Source: Candidatus Poseidoniaceae archaeon | Lineage (GTDB): Archaea; Thermoplasmatota; Poseidoniia; Poseidoniales; Poseidoniaceae | Length of the DNA: 64,000 bases | Assembly (NCBI GenBank): GCA_965662895.1 | Contig: CBFIJH010000009.1 | Span: 1 to 64,000, forward strand | Reading direction: 5' to 3' | Part shown: in pieces, positions 9,629 to 20,442 of the stretch | Layout of the letters: every line of letters begins with the position of its first letter | Position numbering within the stretch: the first letter of the stretch is position 1 | The notes under the pieces: generated by a model | Seen by the model: only the letters and a program-made list of their open reading frames with translations | The model's database searches: none | What the model was told of the DNA's origin: nothing | Translations under genes and position numbers: made by a program

Positions 9629-10930
9629 TCAGACGCAATCGATGGTCGCATCTCGATCTGGTCCAACACCAACACTTGAGCAAGGAATGCCAAGGATGGA
9701 TTCGAGTTGTCGAACATAATCTTGTGCAGCTTGTGGCAATGTTGAGATTCCCAGACCGTTCTCATTCGCATGTTTCGCAACAACCAGCCATTCTTCAAGC
9801 GACTTGGATTCGAACCCAGGTACGGTCACATAGATTGGCTTGCATCGAGCGAGTGCTGAAGCACTGCTTGGCATCTCTGTGATTTCAGCACCGTCCAATT
9901 CGTAAGCAACACAAATCTTCAGTTCATCCAAGCCACCAAGAACATCGAGTTTCGTTAAGGCGAGTGAAGTGAACCCATTGATTCGGTGGGCATGACGCAT
10001 GACGACAGCATCGAACCAACCACAACGTCGCTTACGACCGGTTGTTGTTCCAAATTCATGACCAACCGTTCCGAGATGTTCACCTGCTTCATCTTCCAGT
10101 TCAGTGGGCATCGCACCGTTTCCTACACGAGTGATGTAGGCTTTGGTGATGCCGATAACATCGTCGACATGACCTGGATGAATACCTGCGCCATGTGTAG
10201 CGTTTCCTCGTGATGTGACGGATGAAGTAACGAACGGGAAGGTTCCTTGATCGATGTCCAAAAGACAACCTTGTGCACCTTCGAGAATCACATGCTCATC
10301 GAGTTTGAGCGCATTATCGAGCATAAGTCCAGTGTTCGCAATGCTTGTTGCATACGTCGAATGAATCCACTCCACTTCGCTCGCAAGCGTTGCTGCATCG
10401 ATACGGACATCGGAACCTGCTGCTTCAAGTGACTTGTTCATGCGATGGGCTGTTGTACCCGCCCAAGAAGAATCTTGCACGACTTCAGCAATGTCACCAA
10501 AGCGTAGCCCGATTCGATTGATCTTATCCGAATAGGTTGGACCGATTCCTCGTCCTGTGGTTCCAATTGTTTTGTCAAGACTGTCCATGGCTCGGTGATA
10601 TGGAAGGATGATGTGTGCACGTTCGGACACAAAGAGGCGCTTCCCTCGTGGGTCGTCACCACCGGTTTCGATCCAGTTCTCAATCTCTGTATTCAGAACC
10701 CATGGGTCGATGACCATTCCATCGCCAAGAACCAGAGAACATTCTTCTCGAGTGATTCCTGATGGCAAGAGATGGAACTTCAGCACACGATCGCCGATAA
10801 CGACGGTGTGACCCGCGTTGTTTCCTCCTTGGAACCGGGCGACCCAAGTTGCTTGTTCTGCAAGTCGATCGACAAGCTTCCCTTTTCCTTCATCGCCCCA
10901 TTGGGCGCCCAAAATGACCGTTGCTGGCAT
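9629..10930 (-). CDS. purA: adenylosuccinate synthetase
   Basis: GAQWGDEGKGK, QGGNNAGHT, GTTGRGIGP, EGAQG, EFGTTTGRKRRCGWFD, TKLDVL. Confidence 0.98.
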   Translation of the reverse strand: MPATVILGAQWGDEGKGKLVDRLAEQATWVARFQGGNNAGHTVVIGDRVLKFHLLPSGITREECSLVLGDGMVIDPWVLNTEIENWIETGGDDPRGKRLFVSERAHIILPYHRAMDSLDKTIGTTGRGIGPTYSDKINRIGLRFGDIAEVVQDSSWAGTTAHRMNKSLEAAGSDVRIDAATLASEVEWIHSTYATSIANTGLMLDNALKLDEHVILEGAQGCLLDIDQGTFPFVTSSVTSRGNATHGAGIHPGHVDDVIGITKAYITRVGNGAMPTELEDEAGEHLGTVGHEFGTTTGRKRRCGWFDAVVMRHAHRINGFTSLALTKLDVLGGLDELKICVAYELDGAEITEMPSSASALARCKPIYVTVPGFESKSLEEWLVVAKHANENGLGISTLPQAAQDYVRQLESILGIPCSSVGVGPDRDATIDCV

Positions 10931-11131
10931 ATTCTTCGATGCTGACTGATGGACGAATGTCCTTGAACTATACCCTGACGTACGTTCATGTTCTATTGGG
11001 ACCTATTGGGTAAAATGAACACAACTTCATATACTGTGGTTCAATCTTCTCATCATAGGGAAGAAATTGTTCTTCAACCTTACAAATCGCTGCAATGCGT
11101 GGACAAGATGTTGATGCAATTGAAGCAAATG

Positions 11132-11139
11132 TTTATATA
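11132..11139 (+). promoter_or_regulatory. candidate TATA box for tfb
   Basis: TTTATATA about 40 nt upstream of ATG 11176, with GGAG at 11164. Confidence 0.5.
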
Positions 11140-11175
11140 TTGTTTAGAACAATTACTATACCCGGAGTTGAGAAG

Positions 11176-12165
11176 ATGAGTGCAAGTTTTGACAGTGGAA
11201 GCGGACGCAACAAGAACGAGGCCAACGTGACAAGCGAACGGCGAGTTCTCGAAGGCCACACACGGCCGTGCGAAGAATGTGCAGCAGTGGATTGGAGTTT
11301 GGACACCACACGAGGAGAAGTCACATGCAACAGTTGTGGTCTCGTTGTTGAAGAAAACGTACCAGACCCAGGCGCAGAATGGACCAAAAGAGACCGAGGT
11401 GAAGACCGATCCCGTGTCGGTGCACCGATGACCTATACACTCGCCGATCGCGGACTCAACACCACCATCGATGTTCGTGATTTGAACACCGGTGCCGCAA
11501 GTCGACACGGGATGTCGAGTCAGAGCCGACGTGAATGGCGACGACGTCGAATTATCGATGAACGTTCGAAAACTCGCAAGTCTCGTGAGCGCAATCTCGT
11601 TAAAGCCAACCAATTCATTCGGGATCGTTCACAACTACCCACAGCCATGCAAGAAGAAGTTGCACGGTTGTACCGACGTCTCTCGGACAAAGGATACGTG
11701 ACCGGACGTTCCATTGCGGGAGTCGCAGCAGCCTGCACATATTTGGTCGCTCGAGAGGAGAATGTACCTCGACAGATTCCCGATATTGCAGAACAATTCT
11801 CCATTCAAGAGAAGGAACTGTCTCGACTCATTCGACAGGTCTCCAGAATGCTCAACATGCACTCGATCAGTTCACCTGACCAGTACATCGACCCATTCAT
11901 GTCAAAACTTGAGCTTGCTCCATCGATGCGAAGTCAAGTTCAACACCTTTGGTCCGTGATTAAACCACATGAAGACGTTTGGCAGGGGAAGAAACCGATG
12001 GGTGTTGCTGCTGCGTTGATTTACAAAGCGTGCAGCGAATCAGGCTCACCGAGAACGCAATCTGAGATTTGTTCAATTGCAAATGTCTCTGAAGTCACAT
12101 TGCGTGGCCTGTTGCGATTGATTGAAGGTCTCTTGGCAAAACTCGGTGAAGGGTCACGACAATAG
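11176..12165 (+). CDS. tfb: transcription initiation factor IIB (TFB)
   Basis: Zn ribbon CEEC..GEVTCNSCGLV, B-reader DPGAEW...RVGAP, cyclin repeats (GRSIAGVAAACTY; GKKPMGVAAALIY; TQSEICSIANVSEVTLR). Likely start 11176. Confidence 0.95.
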   Translation: MSASFDSGSGRNKNEANVTSERRVLEGHTRPCEECAAVDWSLDTTRGEVTCNSCGLVVEENVPDPGAEWTKRDRGEDRSRVGAPMTYTLADRGLNTTIDVRDLNTGAASRHGMSSQSRREWRRRRIIDERSKTRKSRERNLVKANQFIRDRSQLPTAMQEEVARLYRRLSDKGYVTGRSIAGVAAACTYLVAREENVPRQIPDIAEQFSIQEKELSRLIRQVSRMLNMHSISSPDQYIDPFMSKLELAPSMRSQVQHLWSVIKPHEDVWQGKKPMGVAAALIYKACSESGSPRTQSEICSIANVSEVTLRGLLRLIEGLLAKLGEGSRQ

Positions 12166-12204
12166 GACCCTAAGATTCTTGAAGCATCATCCTTTGGACC
12201 ATTT

Positions 12205-12480
12205 ATGGGATTCAAAGCAAGGGCCCGTAAGAACAAAGCAAAGAACGCTTCCACGGATGAGAAACAAAAGAAATCTTCATCCGCTGGAGAACTTCCTTGT
12301 GCAGTTAAATCGTGTGAGCGCTTTGCCGACAAGAAACTTGGAGGCCGTTCGCTCTCCTATGACGATTCAACTGAAATGTGGGGATCAGGAAACTTTGTCT
12401 CGACAAAAGGTCGCGTCCGAGTATGCAAATCCTGCTATCGTGCATGGAAGAAAGAGAACAAGAACGACGACATGTATTGA
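12205..12480 (+). CDS. small basic Cys-containing (putative Zn-binding) protein
   Basis: 91 aa, Lys/Arg-rich, CAVKSC ... VCKSCY. Confidence 0.7.
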   Translation: MGFKARARKNKAKNASTDEKQKKSSSAGELPCAVKSCERFADKKLGGRSLSYDDSTEMWGSGNFVSTKGRVRVCKSCYRAWKKENKNDDMY

Positions 12481-12546
12481 TTCACTTTCACTTTCCGTTT
12501 TGTCCTACGAAAAAGGAGGTATACCGACTGCACTCAGTAGCAAGGT

Positions 12547-13140
12547 ATGCGCAACAATCGAACCACCGTACGAAGCCTCGTCACAAACCAAGGAACGTAT
12601 CTTGCCATGAGCGATGGTCTCCTGGTTTGGGAAACCTCAGCGACAAGAAAAACGCTTCACTTGAGAACCACAGCAACTGCACTGCTCGGCGTCAAAGAAG
12701 ACAACACAACGATATCCAAACTCTACGTTGGTGACAAACTTGGTCAATTGCATGTTGTTCAATTCCCAGAGTTCGCCTTGTCCTCAACCGTATCGGTCAG
12801 TGACGTGGCATTGCGGGCCTTGTGCATGACAGAGGAAGGAATCCTACTCATCGCCGATGCCAATGGGCGTGTGCAACGTGTTGGAAAGGATAGAAAACCG
12901 TCGCTTCTGTTCGAAACGGATCGATCCATATCGTCCATTCGCATCGATGGAAAAAGAATTCAAATTCAATCTGGTTGGGAACGTTGTTCCTACGACTGGG
13001 ATGGTTGTCTTTCGGATACAACCGACGCATCGACAACATTCGGAGAGAACCAAATGATGCGACGTATTCGAGAACGTAAGGCTTTGGAAGTCCAAAGACG
13101 GAAAGCGGAATCTCAGCTACGACTCTTGCCATCTGTTTGA
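12547..13140 (+). CDS. hypothetical protein, partial beta-propeller-like
   Basis: Repeated strands LYVGDKLGQL / LLIADANGRV; start uncertain. Confidence 0.55.
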   Translation: MRNNRTTVRSLVTNQGTYLAMSDGLLVWETSATRKTLHLRTTATALLGVKEDNTTISKLYVGDKLGQLHVVQFPEFALSSTVSVSDVALRALCMTEEGILLIADANGRVQRVGKDRKPSLLFETDRSISSIRIDGKRIQIQSGWERCSYDWDGCLSDTTDASTTFGENQMMRRIRERKALEVQRRKAESQLRLLPSV

Positions 13141-13901
13141 GATTGTTCTTGTTCTTTACGTGGCCATGTAGGCACTGGTTCATGCCACAAGGATGTGTGG
13201 GCAGGCTTTGGCCATGCTCGTGGAAGCGTTCCCTGTTCGTCGATGATTGTTTCCAGCGTTTGGAGATGACGATGAATGGTTCCACGGATATGTTCTTGAC
13301 CTTGGAGACTAGGACCATGCATTGGAATCAATTTCTCTACCTCAAAGTTGAGTAATTTTTCCAGGCTTTCTTTTCCGAGGATCAGATTCCCAGTCGGAAC
13401 ATCCCATCGGAACGGTCGGTCAGCTCTCGGTAGAAGGGCACCCGCAACAATGGTTTTCGCAGATGGGATGTACACCATCAAATTGCATCCACTTGGACCT
13501 GGTGCCTCGATAAATTCAATCGATTCATCGTCCAAATACAATGCCTGGTCCACATTCAATTCAGACGCATCGACGTTGGGCATATCGGAATCAAACCGAT
13601 TGGCCCACGTCGTGAAGAAATCCCCGGTTGAGAGCGATGAAACTGCTGTGGGATGGGCTAAGATGGGAATGTCTCCGAATTGCTCTGAAAGGAATGCACA
13701 ACCACCACTGAAAGGATAGCGCCGTGAGGTGAGAATGATTTCACGCAGTGTTACAGTATCACCAAGTTGACCAACAATGCGCTCCTGTTGAAGCAATTGA
13801 TACCAAGCAGTACCCGAATCGATCAGAATTGCTTCCTTTGAACCCATAAGCAAGACTGCATTCGCATCGTGATGAATCCCCGGAAGGCGAACGATGCGCA
13901 T
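13113..13901 (-). CDS. metallo-beta-lactamase-fold protein with degenerate metal site
   Basis: ILIDSG, LTSRRYPFSGG (HxHxDH position), APGPS, AGAL, IPMHG. Confidence 0.75.
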   Translation of the reverse strand: MRIVRLPGIHHDANAVLLMGSKEAILIDSGTAWYQLLQQERIVGQLGDTVTLREIILTSRRYPFSGGCAFLSEQFGDIPILAHPTAVSSLSTGDFFTTWANRFDSDMPNVDASELNVDQALYLDDESIEFIEAPGPSGCNLMVYIPSAKTIVAGALLPRADRPFRWDVPTGNLILGKESLEKLLNFEVEKLIPMHGPSLQGQEHIRGTIHRHLQTLETIIDEQGTLPRAWPKPAHTSLWHEPVPTWPRKEQEQSQTDGKSRS

Positions 13902-13995
13902 AGAATTCCCTGCTTGCTCAAGTGTTTGAACTCTGGTATCAGAATATCTCTTATCCTGTGGTTGCGGTTAAATATGGGAAGTGGGTCGCAAGGCC

Positions 13996-14145
13996 ATGGC
14001 ACGATTTCCAGAGGCTGAGGCACGAATGCTTCAACGTAAGATTTGCATGAAATGCAACGCTCGAAACGCTGTCCGCGCTGCACGCTGTCGAAAGTGTGGC
14101 TACAAAGGCCTACGCCCGAAGAACATCGAGCGTAAGGGTAACTGA
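13996..14145 (+). CDS. rpl40e: 50S ribosomal protein L40e
   Basis: Not in ORF track. [49 protein letters not shown], the L40e Zn-finger pattern. Confidence 0.96.
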   Translation: MARFPEAEARMLQRKICMKCNARNAVRAARCRKCGYKGLRPKNIERKGN

Positions 14146-14148
14146 TCT

Positions 14149-15201
14149 TCAAGGTAATATCAAAGGCAGTATTGCTGCCATAGGATCGCCTATAAGCCAT
14201 AACGGAACGATGGCTGGAAACAAAAACAACAACAATGGGAGTTTCAAACTGACCCAGATGCGCTCAGCGCCGAATGCATCAAGTCGTGCTATGTGCTCAT
14301 TCATCTCTTGATCGGATGGGGTCCTTCGAGGTGCACGTTTCTTGTTGTTGAGGACGGTTTCACCATTCGGCATTTCCATCGTATCGGACAGAATCCAAAC
14401 GTGACGATCGTGAACCGAATTGAGAGGAACACAGAGCGCCATCCAAGCCATCGTCAAATCGGAGAAATTCTTGACTGAACCTGATGCAATGTTCCTTACA
14501 AGGAGAACAAATGGAATGAGGATGAACAAGAATCCACCCCATATCAAAAGGCTCAATGACGGAGGCAGGTGCAAGATGGCCTCATCCATGAAATCTGGAT
14601 ACTGTACTGGAACTGAACTCCACGAGGGGAAAAGAAGCGTTACCCACATTAGCGCTTTCGCATCAGCACCACCGTGAATGAACCGTAACCGCCAACCGAG
14701 ATCAACGATGAAGAGCGTGAACAGAGCCCCCATGTAGGACCACCACATCGTTGCCTCATCCGTGGAATCACCCACCAGAACGTCGATTGGGGATATGGAA
14801 GCGAACCGAATTGCAGCAACAACGACGCCAATGAAGGAAATGAGATACCAAACAAAGACAACTTGGTCCAAACGGTTGCCTCCTCTCGCATCACGAATTG
14901 TTGGCCGTCCGATTACAGAACCGCTGGCATAAGCAAGAAGCGCAGAGACGGTCAACCATACCGACCAATGCGGTTGCTGAATCAACAACTCCAATGACCA
15001 GATGAAAACAATTGGTTTTGTCCAAACAATCCAGTGTTGATTTGAAACCTTGCGTTCTTTGTGATCGAACCACGCAGCCCAGCCCATACAAAAGACGAGA
15101 ACACTCATTCGTGCCCAACCCAGAATCCGTTCTGAATCGGCATCCATAAACGAGTCCATGTCGCCAATGACCTTAAAGACGGCCCACAACAAGACAACCA
15201 T
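14149..15201 (-). CDS. A24-family prepilin/prearchaellin peptidase (FlaK/PibD-like)
   Basis: AAWFDHKERKV (first Asp), GGADAKAL (GxGD-type second Asp), C-terminal WV..KLP.L. True start probably around 15150-15160. Confidence 0.85.
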   Translation of the reverse strand: MVVLLWAVFKVIGDMDSFMDADSERILGWARMSVLVFCMGWAAWFDHKERKVSNQHWIVWTKPIVFIWSLELLIQQPHWSVWLTVSALLAYASGSVIGRPTIRDARGGNRLDQVVFVWYLISFIGVVVAAIRFASISPIDVLVGDSTDEATMWWSYMGALFTLFIVDLGWRLRFIHGGADAKALMWVTLLFPSWSSVPVQYPDFMDEAILHLPPSLSLLIWGGFLFILIPFVLLVRNIASGSVKNFSDLTMAWMALCVPLNSVHDRHVWILSDTMEMPNGETVLNNKKRAPRRTPSDQEMNEHIARLDAFGAERIWVSLKLPLLLFLFPAIVPLWLIGDPMAAILPLILP

Positions 15202-15227
15202 AGTGCGCTTTCAGAGGTGTTGTGATA

Positions 15228-15494
15228 ATGGACGTCGAAACAAGGTTGCAACAAGTCGCTACAGTCATCAATCAAATCGATGATCCGAAAGTACCGAGAA
15301 ACATTCGCAAACAGGCCAAAGATACCTGCGAAAATTGGTTACTCAACAAAGGTAGAAAATTGGACGTTCGTATCGCTATGTCGCAATCAAAGCTTGAAGA
15401 GCTCTATGAAGATCCGAACATTCCACCCGAATTCGGAACCCTCATTCTTATGATCAATACGGAACTTGAAAAGATACTCACTGAAATCCTGTGA
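15228..15494 (+). CDS. UPF0147 family protein
   Basis: DPKVPRNIRKQA...LEELYEDPNIP matches the archaeal UPF0147 pattern. Confidence 0.85.
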   Translation: MDVETRLQQVATVINQIDDPKVPRNIRKQAKDTCENWLLNKGRKLDVRIAMSQSKLEELYEDPNIPPEFGTLILMINTELEKILTEIL

Positions 15495-16919
15495 TTATTC
15501 TTCTTCGAGATAGCCATACATCTGTTCAAGAACCGTACGATTGGATTTTTTGAGCCGTCCTGATTCAACATCAATGTTGTTGAGTTGCAAGAAATATGCA
15601 TCATTGTCCATTAAGGATGCTGCATCCATGACGTACTCCAACTGTTCTGGAGTGATTCGGTTGCGCTTGAGAGAGCGTTCAATCGCATGCTTTGCAGCAA
15701 CTCGAGTCATTTGGCGGTCAGTTAGGCCCAAGATTTTCTGAATTTCTTCCAATGAACGGCTCTCATGGGTTGAAATCCTACCGTCTTTCATCGCATCTCT
15801 CCATGCCTCATCGATTGATGGTGCACGCTCCGCGAGTAGAATTGCAATCGGACGGGTTGGTTCAATGTTCTCGAGAACAATCTTGAAAATTACTGTGAAT
15901 GGTACGACGAGGACCATCCCAAGAATTCCCCAAACCCAATACGAGTATGCTGTTGTAAGCAAGAGCAAGACAGGAGAAATATCCAACGCTCGACCAGCCC
16001 ATTTCGTCTCGATGATGCTTCCCCATAATTGCTGATTGGTTACGAGGAGAAGCAACAAGATGAACCAAGCCGCAGGAGAGAGCGTCACAAATCCAAGAAT
16101 GAGTGGAGGGATGGTGGCAATCAGTGAACCAATGTATGGGACATAATTGAGGATAAACGTCAACAACGCCCACGTAAACCAAAGATCAATCCCAAAGACG
16201 AACAAAACCAAAGCTGTGATTCCAGCAGTACCCAAGCCGACACCCGTCTTGACAACAACATAGGTATTGATACTCTCCTGAATCTGAATTTGCATATCTT
16301 GGACTCGACCAGAAACACCACCAGGCCAAGCACGTTCAATGCGGCCTGGCAAGAAATTTGCTTCAAAAATGATGAAAATAAGGAAGAAGGTTACAGTGAG
16401 CCCCATCGCAAAAAGACTCCCGACGCTCGACACGACCTCTCCAATAAAATCCGAGATTCCGGAATCATCACTCAGAAGTCCCATCTCAGCAAGATCTTGG
16501 GTGAAGGTTCCATTCGTTGAGTTCAAGGATTCTGTGATTGATGACCCAACCATTGGCGTACCTTTGAGTTGATTCCATCGATTGTCCAATTGTTGATTGT
16601 ATTCTTGGATTCGGTCCTCATCGTCAGCAAGATTCGTGACCTGATCGAAGGCAAGGTATCCCGCTGCAATAATGATCAAAAACGCTGAAAGAAGCATGGT
16701 GAGGTACGACAAATAAATTGGAAAGCCATTTTTGGAGAGATAATCAGCGCCTGGTTTCAAAACAAAGTAGATTCCGAGAGCAATGAAGAAAGGCTGGAAT
16801 ATGCTCTTCAGTTCGATCATCCACACGGTTAGGAGTGTGAGAAGGATGGCAGCGAAAGCGAGGGAACCCAACCTTTTGTGGAACGTTTCGTTATCAAACA
16901 CAGACTCAGGCCCGTCCAT
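15495..16919 (-). CDS. AI-2E family transporter with C-terminal extension
   Basis: FILNYVPYIGS, LDISP, WGILGMVLVVP; multiple TM. Confidence 0.9.
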   Translation of the reverse strand: MDGPESVFDNETFHKRLGSLAFAAILLTLLTVWMIELKSIFQPFFIALGIYFVLKPGADYLSKNGFPIYLSYLTMLLSAFLIIIAAGYLAFDQVTNLADDEDRIQEYNQQLDNRWNQLKGTPMVGSSITESLNSTNGTFTQDLAEMGLLSDDSGISDFIGEVVSSVGSLFAMGLTVTFFLIFIIFEANFLPGRIERAWPGGVSGRVQDMQIQIQESINTYVVVKTGVGLGTAGITALVLFVFGIDLWFTWALLTFILNYVPYIGSLIATIPPLILGFVTLSPAAWFILLLLLVTNQQLWGSIIETKWAGRALDISPVLLLLTTAYSYWVWGILGMVLVVPFTVIFKIVLENIEPTRPIAILLAERAPSIDEAWRDAMKDGRISTHESRSLEEIQKILGLTDRQMTRVAAKHAIERSLKRNRITPEQLEYVMDAASLMDNDAYFLQLNNIDVESGRLKKSNRTVLEQMYGYLEEE

Positions 16920-16949
16920 AACGCTCTCTCATCAACATCACGTTTGAAT

Positions 16950-18314
16950 TTATTGTGATGTTTGTTCTGATGCATGAAATTCAACCTTAAACGAGAGAAC
17001 AAATGCAAGAAGCATCAAAATTCCACTGATATGGAAGGCCGTATGATAATCAAAGAATCCACTTCGATCGACCGTCATTGTCCAGACATAACCACCGGTG
17101 AGAGGTCCGAGGATACGAGCAAACGACGAGAGCGATTCCTGTGAGCCCATGACTGCACCCAATTCGTAATCATCACGACGAGCTAAGGTTGTAAGTGCAG
17201 TACTCGAGGATGGTTGGAACAATCCGTTCCCAATTGCAATGAATCCAGTGATAACAAGCATCCAAACCCAAACGAGATTCAGTGTGGAATACGGGATGAG
17301 TGTAAGGCCTATACCCGAGAGAACTGAACCTAATCGTAGAATGTATAATGAACCAAATTTCCTTGTTAGTGGACCGATCAATGCGCCTTGCGTCACAATT
17401 CCAATGATACCCATCAAAGCAAAAATACGCCCGTTATCGGCTTCACTGAATCCAAGGCCACCAAGGGAAGGATCCATTTGCGTGTACAGGATGAAGACAG
17501 CGTGCATGACTGTAAATCCGAACATGTACAGGAATGTAACCCACATCAACGAACCAATATTTCTGGTACCGAGCATTTGCTTCACGTTTCTCGCCGTGCG
17601 TTTCATGGTTTGAGACCAGGACTGTGCTGTTCTTTCCTTCCGTGCTTTGGGCTCAAGAGATTCTGGTAGATATCGGAATGCGAGGATCAATGAAAAAATG
17701 GAAAGAACACTCGCAAGAATGCACGGAAGCAGGTAGGGATGTGTTTCGAAGATCGTGTCTTGGAACAGATGCCAACGTTCTGCAGGCGATGACAATTCTC
17801 CGCCAAGAAATGGACCGATGGTGAAGCCTAAGCCAAATGCAGCACCAACCAGACCCATTCGTGTCGCAAGTTGCTTGGGTGTGCTCACATCGCCAATGTA
17901 GGCGCGAGCAACTGCAATGTTCCCATTGAACACGCCCGCCAAGAAACGAGCTACAAGCGCCATCAACAACGTATTTGCAAGACCGAACATAGTGAAAAAG
18001 ACAGTATTTCCAACCAAGCCAATCATAAGAACGGGTCGTCGACCAATACGATCGCTCAACCCACCCCATACAGGAGAGAATAGGAACTGAGCAGCAGAAT
18101 AGGAGGTCATCAACAAACCAACCCAAATGCCAACAGCTGCAATATCTTGATCCGTAGCCAAATCTTCGACAAGATACGTTAGAAAGGGTATGACAATACC
18201 AAAGCCAATCATATCGATCATAGTAACAAGGAAGAGAACAAGCAAGGCGCCTTTACCGGCATCCTTGATTGGCGATGCCGCTTGTTCATCCATAGTCTGC
18301 TGGAAGACATCCAC
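16950..18314 (-). CDS. MFS transporter, TetA/DHA1-like
   Basis: IDMIGFGIVIP, GGLSDRIGRRPV, AFGLGFTIGPFLGG. Confidence 0.92.
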   Translation of the reverse strand: MDVFQQTMDEQAASPIKDAGKGALLVLFLVTMIDMIGFGIVIPFLTYLVEDLATDQDIAAVGIWVGLLMTSYSAAQFLFSPVWGGLSDRIGRRPVLMIGLVGNTVFFTMFGLANTLLMALVARFLAGVFNGNIAVARAYIGDVSTPKQLATRMGLVGAAFGLGFTIGPFLGGELSSPAERWHLFQDTIFETHPYLLPCILASVLSIFSLILAFRYLPESLEPKARKERTAQSWSQTMKRTARNVKQMLGTRNIGSLMWVTFLYMFGFTVMHAVFILYTQMDPSLGGLGFSEADNGRIFALMGIIGIVTQGALIGPLTRKFGSLYILRLGSVLSGIGLTLIPYSTLNLVWVWMLVITGFIAIGNGLFQPSSSTALTTLARRDDYELGAVMGSQESLSSFARILGPLTGGYVWTMTVDRSGFFDYHTAFHISGILMLLAFVLSFKVEFHASEQTSQ

Positions 18315-18342
18315 TCTTTGAAGTCATGCTTCAAAAAGAGCT

Positions 18343-20379
18343 TCAAATCGAGGTAGTTGGACCTGAAAGGTCAGGCGTCAATCGGTCGATAACAGAACCA
18401 AGACGTTCGACAAGACTCTGTTTTTGTTCGTGAGTGATGAGTGCATATTGCATGACTTCATCCAGTGTATCAACTGCAAGAACTTCGACGTTCCCTTCAA
18501 ACTGTTCGTCAAGCAAGACATCTTGCATGTTGGCACGAGGGATGACCACCGTCTTGACACCTGCTCGTGCTGCAGCCTCAATCTTGGCTGTAACTCCACC
18601 GATTGGGAGAACTTCACCACGCACGGAAAGCGATCCAGTCATGGCAAGGTCTTGTCGAATCGGGATGTTCTCAAGTGCAGAGATGACTGCAGTAGCGATC
18701 GTAATCGATGCTGAATCCCCGTCGACGCCGTGCGTATCGACGAATTGAATGTGAATGTCATAATCGGATACGTCTTTGCCTGTGAGTTTCTTGATGACTG
18801 CACTTACGTTGGTTACGCTTTCTTTAGCAAGGTCACTCAGGCCGCCGGTTGCGTGTATTTTACCGCCACCACCTTGGGAAGGTGTGACAAGTGCCTCAAC
18901 AGGTAGCATAATTCCTGAGAAGTCGGAAAGCCCGGAATTCGCTCCTAGAACCGCTAGGCCATTGACTCGACCAACACGATTTCCAGAATTGACGATAAGC
19001 GAGTAATCCAGACGACGCTCAATCATTCGATCAGCCACCTGTTGCTCGAGCGGCTTGGCAATGGAACGGGCGGCAAGAACGTGGGCATCGGTAACGTATG
19101 GTGCTCCGTCTTCTGCTGCTAGGTCTCCAGCGATTCGAACCAAACCGCCGAGTTCACGAAGCCGCAATGAGAGTTTACCGCGACGTCCTGCTCGTCGTTG
19201 TGCTTCGCGCAGGATCAGGGATACCCCAGATTTGTCGAAATGAGGTATTTCTCTCGTGCTTCCGATGTCTCGACGTACTTCTTGGGCTATGAAACGAATC
19301 AAGCGCTTGCGGTTTCGGTTGGTATCGGGCATTTCCGAGTTGACGTAGACCTCGTAACCGTATCCGCGAATTCGACTTCGAAGCGCCGGGTGCATACCTT
19401 GGATGGCATCGAGGTTACCTGCAGCGATGAGAATAAAGTCGCATGGCACTGGTTCAGTTTTTGTCAACGCACCAGATGAGCGTTCAGAACGCCCAGAGAT
19501 TGGAAATGCGCGTTCCTGCATGGCTGTGAGCAACGCTTGCTGTTCCTCGAGTCGGAGAAGATTGATCTCGTCAATGTAGAGAACACCTTTGTTCGCTCGG
19601 TGGATTGCACCTGGTTCGACTCGATCGTGCGCAGGAGTTTCCATTCCACCAGACTGGAATGGATCGTGGCGAACGTCGCCAAGCAGGGAGCCAGAGAGCG
19701 TTGCCGTTGCATCAACAAAAGGCGGACGTTCGTCGAGGTCGTGCTTGACCAACACTTTGGGAATTCGCCCTTCATCGCCAGAACCAAGTCGGCTTCGAAT
19801 GAACATGTATCCGAACATGAGGAGGAACATTCCGAACAAAAGGGTGAGAATGTCACCGGTTGGTATGGCGACGATAACCAGAAGGAAAGCGACTGCCCCG
19901 AAACCAATCAAGAGCATGCGTTGTGCCTTTTCTTTTTGTTCTCGGATGGCTTCTTTCTGAATGCGAACGATGCGCTCCGCACGGCCTGCAGGAACTGAAC
20001 GTACTCGGGGCTCATTTTCGTCGTCCTCGTTTGGATAAACCAGAACGTCCTCGAGCGCATCCTGAGGTAAAAGATCCGTCATTGAACGAGCAAGCATGGA
20101 TTTCCCTGTACCAGGATCACCAATCATCAACATGTGTCTTCGTTGTTCAGCTGCTTTTCGGATGACGATTGAACCCGCTTCCTGTCCAATGACTTGGTCG
20201 ACAAGACGGTCTGGGATAGGGACATCTTCGGTTGTCTCAAATTTGACTTCTTCAATCCATGAGTCAATGCTGGAGGAAAGCAGTTCATCACCGTCTTTTG
20301 TTGGCTCAGGAGCCCATACAGTGACCATCTCAGAGTCATCTTCTGTGATGACATCTTCAACAGTGTCTTCCTCTGACAT
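18343..20379 (-). CDS. lonB: archaeal membrane-anchored Lon protease
   Basis: DQVIGQE, Walker [11 protein letters not shown] insert, YIDEI, catalytic DGDSAS and TAKIEAA. Confidence 0.97.
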   Translation of the reverse strand: MSEEDTVEDVITEDDSEMVTVWAPEPTKDGDELLSSSIDSWIEEVKFETTEDVPIPDRLVDQVIGQEAGSIVIRKAAEQRRHMLMIGDPGTGKSMLARSMTDLLPQDALEDVLVYPNEDDENEPRVRSVPAGRAERIVRIQKEAIREQKEKAQRMLLIGFGAVAFLLVIVAIPTGDILTLLFGMFLLMFGYMFIRSRLGSGDEGRIPKVLVKHDLDERPPFVDATATLSGSLLGDVRHDPFQSGGMETPAHDRVEPGAIHRANKGVLYIDEINLLRLEEQQALLTAMQERAFPISGRSERSSGALTKTEPVPCDFILIAAGNLDAIQGMHPALRSRIRGYGYEVYVNSEMPDTNRNRKRLIRFIAQEVRRDIGSTREIPHFDKSGVSLILREAQRRAGRRGKLSLRLRELGGLVRIAGDLAAEDGAPYVTDAHVLAARSIAKPLEQQVADRMIERRLDYSLIVNSGNRVGRVNGLAVLGANSGLSDFSGIMLPVEALVTPSQGGGGKIHATGGLSDLAKESVTNVSAVIKKLTGKDVSDYDIHIQFVDTHGVDGDSASITIATAVISALENIPIRQDLAMTGSLSVRGEVLPIGGVTAKIEAAARAGVKTVVIPRANMQDVLLDEQFEGNVEVLAVDTLDEVMQYALITHEQKQSLVERLGSVIDRLTPDLSGPTTSI

Positions 20380-20442
20380 GATGTTTCCTCGCTCTCCTCC
20401 CCTTTAGGACTTTAGCATCGGCCAAGGGAGGTTTGTTTTGTC

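Noticed and set aside
14149-15201. Pilus/archaellum locus
   Set aside because: Only the peptidase is present; no pilins, ATPase or platform protein nearby.
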